Positions 60,414-64,000 of a stretch of DNA of 64,000 bases are shown here, one piece after another (within the stretch, counting starts at the first letter, position 1; every line of letters starts with the position of its first letter). This DNA is from Nannocystis pusilla (lineage in GTDB: Bacteria; Myxococcota_A; Polyangia; Nannocystales; Nannocystaceae). Position numbers and translations under genes: made by a program. The stretch is taken from NCBI RefSeq assembly GCF_051105105.1, contig NZ_CP185339.1; one strand, written 5' to 3'. The notes beneath the pieces are model-generated. The model had not been told where the DNA came from. It made no database searches and saw only the letters and a list, made by a program, of their open reading frames with translations.

Positions 60414-61190
60414 TCATCCTCCCTGGCCTGGCCCGTAGTTCGTGCGGATCCGCGCCACCGTCTCCGGGTCGGCGAAGCATACCTCGTGCATCATCGACTC
60501 GACCGTACGCGCCTCCTCGAAGGCGCGGCGGCGCGGCAACGCCAGCGCACGTTTCAGCAACAGCAGCGCAGCCCGCGGCTTGTCGGCGATCCGCGCCGCC
60601 ATGTCGAGCGCCCGCGGCAGCACCTCGGCGCGCGGCACGACCGCGTTGACCTGGCCGCGCCCGGCCAGCTGCTCGCCGCGGAAGTACTGCGAGCCGTACA
60701 GCATCTCGGCCCCGACGTACTCGCCGAACGCGAACTGCACGAGGCGCGTGGCGCCCATCCCCGGCGTGAAGCCGAGGTCCATGAAGTTGGCGCCGTAGCG
60801 GCTCTCGCGGGCCATCACGACCATGTCGCAGGCGAGGCCGAACACCAGGCCGCCGCCGACCGCGGGCCCCGCCATCGCGGCGATCGTCGGCACCGGCACC
60901 TCGAGCAGCGCGCGCGTCAGCAGCAGGTCGTACGGCGCGATCGTGCCGTCGGCGAGGCCGAGCAGGACGTCGCGGTCGCCGCCGGCGGAGAACACCTCGG
61001 GCAGGCCGGCGATCACGACCACGCGCACGTCGGCGCGCTGGCCGAGGTCCCCCAGCGCGCGCGTCAACACGGCGACGAACGCCCGGCCGAACGCGTTCTT
61101 GCCCGCCGCGTCGCGCATGGTCAGCACGGCCACGCCGTCGCGCTCGAGCGTCACCTCGACGAGGCTGTCTGTTTGGACATGCGCGTTCAT
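60414..61190 (-). CDS. Enoyl-CoA hydratase/isomerase, PksI/ECH2-like
   Basis: Crotonase fold. Translation MNAHVQTDSLVEVTLERDGVAVLTMRD...FSAGGD. Confidence 0.8.
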   Translation of the reverse strand: MNAHVQTDSLVEVTLERDGVAVLTMRDAAGKNAFGRAFVAVLTRALGDLGQRADVRVVVIAGLPEVFSAGGDRDVLLGLADGTIAPYDLLLTRALLEVPVPTIAAMAGPAVGGGLVFGLACDMVVMARESRYGANFMDLGFTPGMGATRLVQFAFGEYVGAEMLYGSQYFRGEQLAGRGQVNAVVPRAEVLPRALDMAARIADKPRAALLLLKRALALPRRRAFEEARTVESMMHEVCFADPETVARIRTNYGPGQGG

Positions 61191-61942
61191 TCCTGTCCTT
61201 TCAGCCTGGCGAACCACGGCGGCGCCTGCCCCTCGGCCAGCAGGGCCGCCAGCGCCGCCCGCAGCTCGGGGTCCTCGAGGTCGGCCGCGGTCTGGGCCAC
61301 CCCGCCCTGCCCGGCCGGCCCGGTGATCCTCTTGAGCGTCGCCACCGCCTGCGGGCGCGCGCGCAGCAGCGAGCGCATGAGCCCGCGCAGCGCCTTGTCC
61401 GGGTCGTCCGCGACCACATCGACGAGGCCCCACGGCTCGGCCTGGGCCGCGGTCACCAGCTCGCCGGTCAGCGCCAGCCGCCGGGTCCGCCGCGCGCCGA
61501 TCCGGGCCTCGAGCGCCGGGAAGATCACCGCCGGCACCAGCCCGTAGCGCAGCTCCGGCAGCGCGAACGTGGCCGCCGGCGCCGCCACCACCAGGTCGCA
61601 CGCGGCCGCCAGGCCGACCCCGCCGCCGCTGGCCGCGCCGGTGACCACCGCGATCGTCGCCAGCTTCGCGCTCGCCAGCAGCTCGAGGCAGCCGGCGAAG
61701 CGCTGCATCGCCTCGCGCATCTGCGCCGACGGGGTCCGCAGCGCCGCCGCGAGGTCCATGCCGGCGCAGAACTCGGGGCCCTCGCTGGCGATCACCAGCG
61801 CGCGCGCCGGTCCGGCGACCGCCTGCTCGACCGCGTCGGCCAGCGCGGCGATCCCGTCGGTGTCCAATGCGACATGTCCTCCGGGACCTGCCCCGAGGAA
61901 CAGCCGATGGATCAGCTCGCCCTCTTCGCAGCGGACGCGCAT
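61187..61942 (-). CDS. Enoyl-CoA hydratase/isomerase, PksH/ECH1-like
   Basis: Crotonase fold. Translation ALVIASEGPEFCAGMDL. The N-terminus contains a palindromic element copy (GACATGTCC..GGACCTGCCCC). The start is uncertain. Confidence 0.75.
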   Translation of the reverse strand: MRVRCEEGELIHRLFLGAGPGGHVALDTDGIAALADAVEQAVAGPARALVIASEGPEFCAGMDLAAALRTPSAQMREAMQRFAGCLELLASAKLATIAVVTGAASGGGVGLAAACDLVVAAPAATFALPELRYGLVPAVIFPALEARIGARRTRRLALTGELVTAAQAEPWGLVDVVADDPDKALRGLMRSLLRARPQAVATLKRITGPAGQGGVAQTAADLEDPELRAALAALLAEGQAPPWFARLKGQE

Positions 61943-62050
61943 CGGCTCACCGCTCCCGCGCAGGGGGACGAGGGGACGAGCGATCCGGCCGCGCGCCGAG
62001 GGGCGGCGCGGCAAGCGTGGCGAGGGGCGTGCGCGGCATGATTCTGGCCC

Positions 62051-63292
62051 TCAGGACAGGCGGTACTCCCGCTGGAAGCCGCGCACCGCGTCGAGCACGA
62101 GGCGGCCCTTGCCGGCGTAGGCGCGCTCGTAGAGCCCGCGCAGGCCCGACTGGTCGACCTCGTAGTCGCTCTGGTCGATGAAGGCGGCGCGCTGGCGCTC
62201 GAGCGCCTCGTACTCCTCGATGGTCAGCGGCATGCGGCGATCGAGGCCGGCGCCGACGCGCTGGCCCGCGACCTGCTCGCGCGCGCGCTCGCCGACGGTC
62301 GCGCGGTAGAACTCGGCGCACGAGCCCGAGCCGTAGGAGAAGATCGAGACCTTGTCGCCCGCGCGCAGCTCGGGGTCGGCGTCGATGAGGCCGAGCATGG
62401 CGATGAAGGTCGCCGAGGTGTAGGTGCCGCCGAAGCGCGAGTTGTAGCGCAGCGCCTGCTTCGACTTGCGCTCGAAGTGAGCCCTGGCCTCGCGCAGCGA
62501 CATCTCGTGCGGGCCGCGGCGGAGCAGCGCCCGGTGGGCCCGGAAGGTCATGCCGCCGAACGGCACGTGGTAGATGTGGCGCGCGAACTCGGCGTCGTAG
62601 TCGACCATGCCCGAGCGGGCGACGAAGTGGTCGTAGGCGCCCTCGAGCGCGTCGAGGTAGCCGTACAGGCTGGTGTCGGCGTGGCCGACCTCCTTCGTCG
62701 AGGTCGGGCGGTAGGTGTCGAAGATCTCCTGCGTCCAGTAGCCGCAGGTGTCGAGGTCGATCTCGAGGACGTTGGGCTGGGCGCTGACCAGCATCGCCGT
62801 GGCCGCCGCGCCGAGCACGTACTCCCACGGCTGGCCGAGGTGCACGCGGCTCTGATCGGTGCAGACCACCAGCGCCTTCTTGCCCGGCGCCGCGCCCGAC
62901 GCGACCCAGTGGGCCGCCATCATCAGGCCGCCGGTGCCGCCGTAGCAGGCGTGCTTGGTCTCGAAGTTGCGGCAGTTGGCGGTCAGCCCGCAGTAGCGCT
63001 GCACGTAGGTCGAGATCGGCTTGCCGAAGTCGACCGACGACTCGGTGCCGACGATCACGAGCTCGATGTCCTTGCGGTCCTCGGGCCGGACGATCTGCAG
63101 CGCGGCGTTGACCGCCATCGTCACCGGGTCTTCCCACGTCGGGTTGAGCGAGCGCTCGCTGACCCACAGCTCCTCGAGCGGGTGGCGCGGATCGTGATCG
63201 CGCGCCTCCGCGAGCAGCTTCATGTCGAGCGAGAGCGTGCACGGGTACGCCGTGATCCGCTCGATGCCCACGCGCGGCCGGTGGTGCGCCAT
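62051..63292 (-). CDS. HMG-CoA synthase-like beta-branching enzyme (PksG/CurD-type)
   Basis: Translation VGIERITAYPCTLSLDMKLLAEARDHDP...ACYGGTGGLMMAAHWV...SYGSGSCAEF. Confidence 0.85.
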   Translation of the reverse strand: MAHHRPRVGIERITAYPCTLSLDMKLLAEARDHDPRHPLEELWVSERSLNPTWEDPVTMAVNAALQIVRPEDRKDIELVIVGTESSVDFGKPISTYVQRYCGLTANCRNFETKHACYGGTGGLMMAAHWVASGAAPGKKALVVCTDQSRVHLGQPWEYVLGAAATAMLVSAQPNVLEIDLDTCGYWTQEIFDTYRPTSTKEVGHADTSLYGYLDALEGAYDHFVARSGMVDYDAEFARHIYHVPFGGMTFRAHRALLRRGPHEMSLREARAHFERKSKQALRYNSRFGGTYTSATFIAMLGLIDADPELRAGDKVSIFSYGSGSCAEFYRATVGERAREQVAGQRVGAGLDRRMPLTIEEYEALERQRAAFIDQSDYEVDQSGLRGLYERAYAGKGRLVLDAVRGFQREYRLS

Positions 63293-63307
63293 CGCCGTCC
63301 TCTCCTC

Positions 63308-64000
63308 TCAGTACGTCCAGTCGAGGCCGCCGGTGACCGGCACGACCTGACCGTTGATGAAGCTGCCGCCCGTGGCCAGGAACAGGACCGTCGCCGCCAG
63401 CTCGGCCAGCGTGCCCATGCGCCCCTTCGGCATCGGGCAGTACTGCTGCCAGTAGTCCTTGGCCGCCTGCGGCATGGTCTCGCGCGTCATGTCGGTGTCG
63501 AAGAAGCCCGGCACGACGACGTTGGCGGTGATGCCCTTGCGCCCGTACTCCTTGGCGAGCGCCTGGGTGAAGCCGTGCAGGCCGGCCTTGCTGGCGGCGT
63601 AGTTGGCCTGGCCGGCCGCGCCGTTGTGCTGGATCGACGAGATGTTGACGATCCGCCCGAACCGCGCCGCCAGCATGGCCGGCAGGAACGCGCGCACGAC
63701 GTAGAACGGCCCGTGCAGGTTGGTGGCGAGCACGTCGTGCCACTCCTCGTCGGACATCGAGACCACGAGGTTGGCGCGGTTGATGCCGGCGCAGTTGACG
63801 ATCACCTCGACGCTGTCGAAGTCGTTCAGCACCTCGTCGGCGACCTCGCCGACGCGGTCGGAGCGGCTCACGTCGAGCGCGTAGCCCTTGACCTTCGCGC
63901 CCGGGCGGATCGCCGCCGCCTCGGCCTCGATCTTGCGCGCAGCGTCGTCGTTGCTGCGGTACGCGAACGCGACGTCGTGGCCGGCGCGCACCGCCTCGAG
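63308..64000 (-). CDS. 3-oxoacyl-ACP reductase (FabG-like SDR). Partial: the N-terminus runs off the window.
   Basis: Translation NCAGINRANL...NISSIQHNGAAGQANYAASKAGLHGFTQALAKE...VVPGFFDTDMT. Confidence 0.85.
   Translation of the reverse strand, partial: LEAVRAGHDVAFAYRSNDDAARKIEAEAAAIRPGAKVKGYALDVSRSDRVGEVADEVLNDFDSVEVIVNCAGINRANLVVSMSDEEWHDVLATNLHGPFYVVRAFLPAMLAARFGRIVNISSIQHNGAAGQANYAASKAGLHGFTQALAKEYGRKGITANVVVPGFFDTDMTRETMPQAAKDYWQQYCPMPKGRMGTLAELAATVLFLATGGSFINGQVVPVTGGLDWTY

Noticed and set aside
43794-63292. Reading the lspA pair plus the HMGS cassette as a myxovirescin (TA)-like biosynthetic and resistance locus
   Set aside because: The lspA genes and the cassette are 13 kb apart. 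They are separated by housekeeping genes (pabB-like, pgsA, nadB, cdnL) and no PKS/NRPS modules are visible. The link is speculative.

Overview
This 64 kb window is about 70% GC and looks myxobacterial (Myxococcota). It is densely coding, mostly housekeeping genes with small regulators mixed in. The myxobacterial assignment rests on a Myxococcus cysteine-rich CGDG/CDDGN repeat lipoprotein, a CdnL/CarD-family regulator, two lspA paralogs, a Ser/Thr kinase with TPR repeats, and many LAGC/LAAC/VTGC-lipobox lipoproteins. No rRNA, tRNA or CRISPR was found; there is no ssrA next to smpB.

Central-metabolism and housekeeping genes identified: mdh-sucC-sucD, nadB, pgsA with a PabB-like chorismate-binding enzyme, smpB with a ComF-like gene, pepF, an M28/PDZ peptidase and a PduO-type adenosyltransferase. 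At the right edge there is a polyketide-style beta-branching cassette: a FabG-like reductase, an HMG-CoA-synthase-like gene, two enoyl-CoA hydratases, two paralogous SDRs and an ACP.

Four things stand out.

1. A six-gene, translationally coupled operon on the minus strand (11945-16512). It joins a GRAS-like domain protein, a 180 aa unknown, a SiaA/SiaB/SiaC-like partner-switch triad (PP2C phosphatase, HATPase kinase, DUF1987-like protein) and a class III adenylyl/guanylyl cyclase.

2. A dispersed family of short palindromic elements built on the self-complementary decamer GGACATGTCC (consensus RRRCATGYCC, variants GGACCTGYCC and GCACCTGCCC), in arrays with about 14 bp period. They sit in most intergenic regions and, in at least seven cases, appear to be embedded in-frame inside ORFs, where third-position GC drops locally.

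3. Five unrelated genes each carry a +1 frameshift at exactly the same sequence: the AatII-type palindrome GACGTC with one extra base (GAACGTC on the plus strand, or its complement GACGTTC). This points to a systematic artefact, possibly methylation-linked, or a site-specific mutational process. At least one further frameshift, in an SLT-domain transglycosylase, lies outside that motif, plus a possible scrambled-frame PHP-like pseudogene near 949-1300.

4. Two repeat regions: a 150 bp tandem repeat copied from the 3' end of lspA1, lying between the two lspA genes, and a roughly 66 nt degenerate tandem repeat at 52.9-53.6 kb.

The long antisense ORFs in the six-frame track are high-GC artefacts and are not reported as features. 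Coordinates are anchored to the supplied ORF track.
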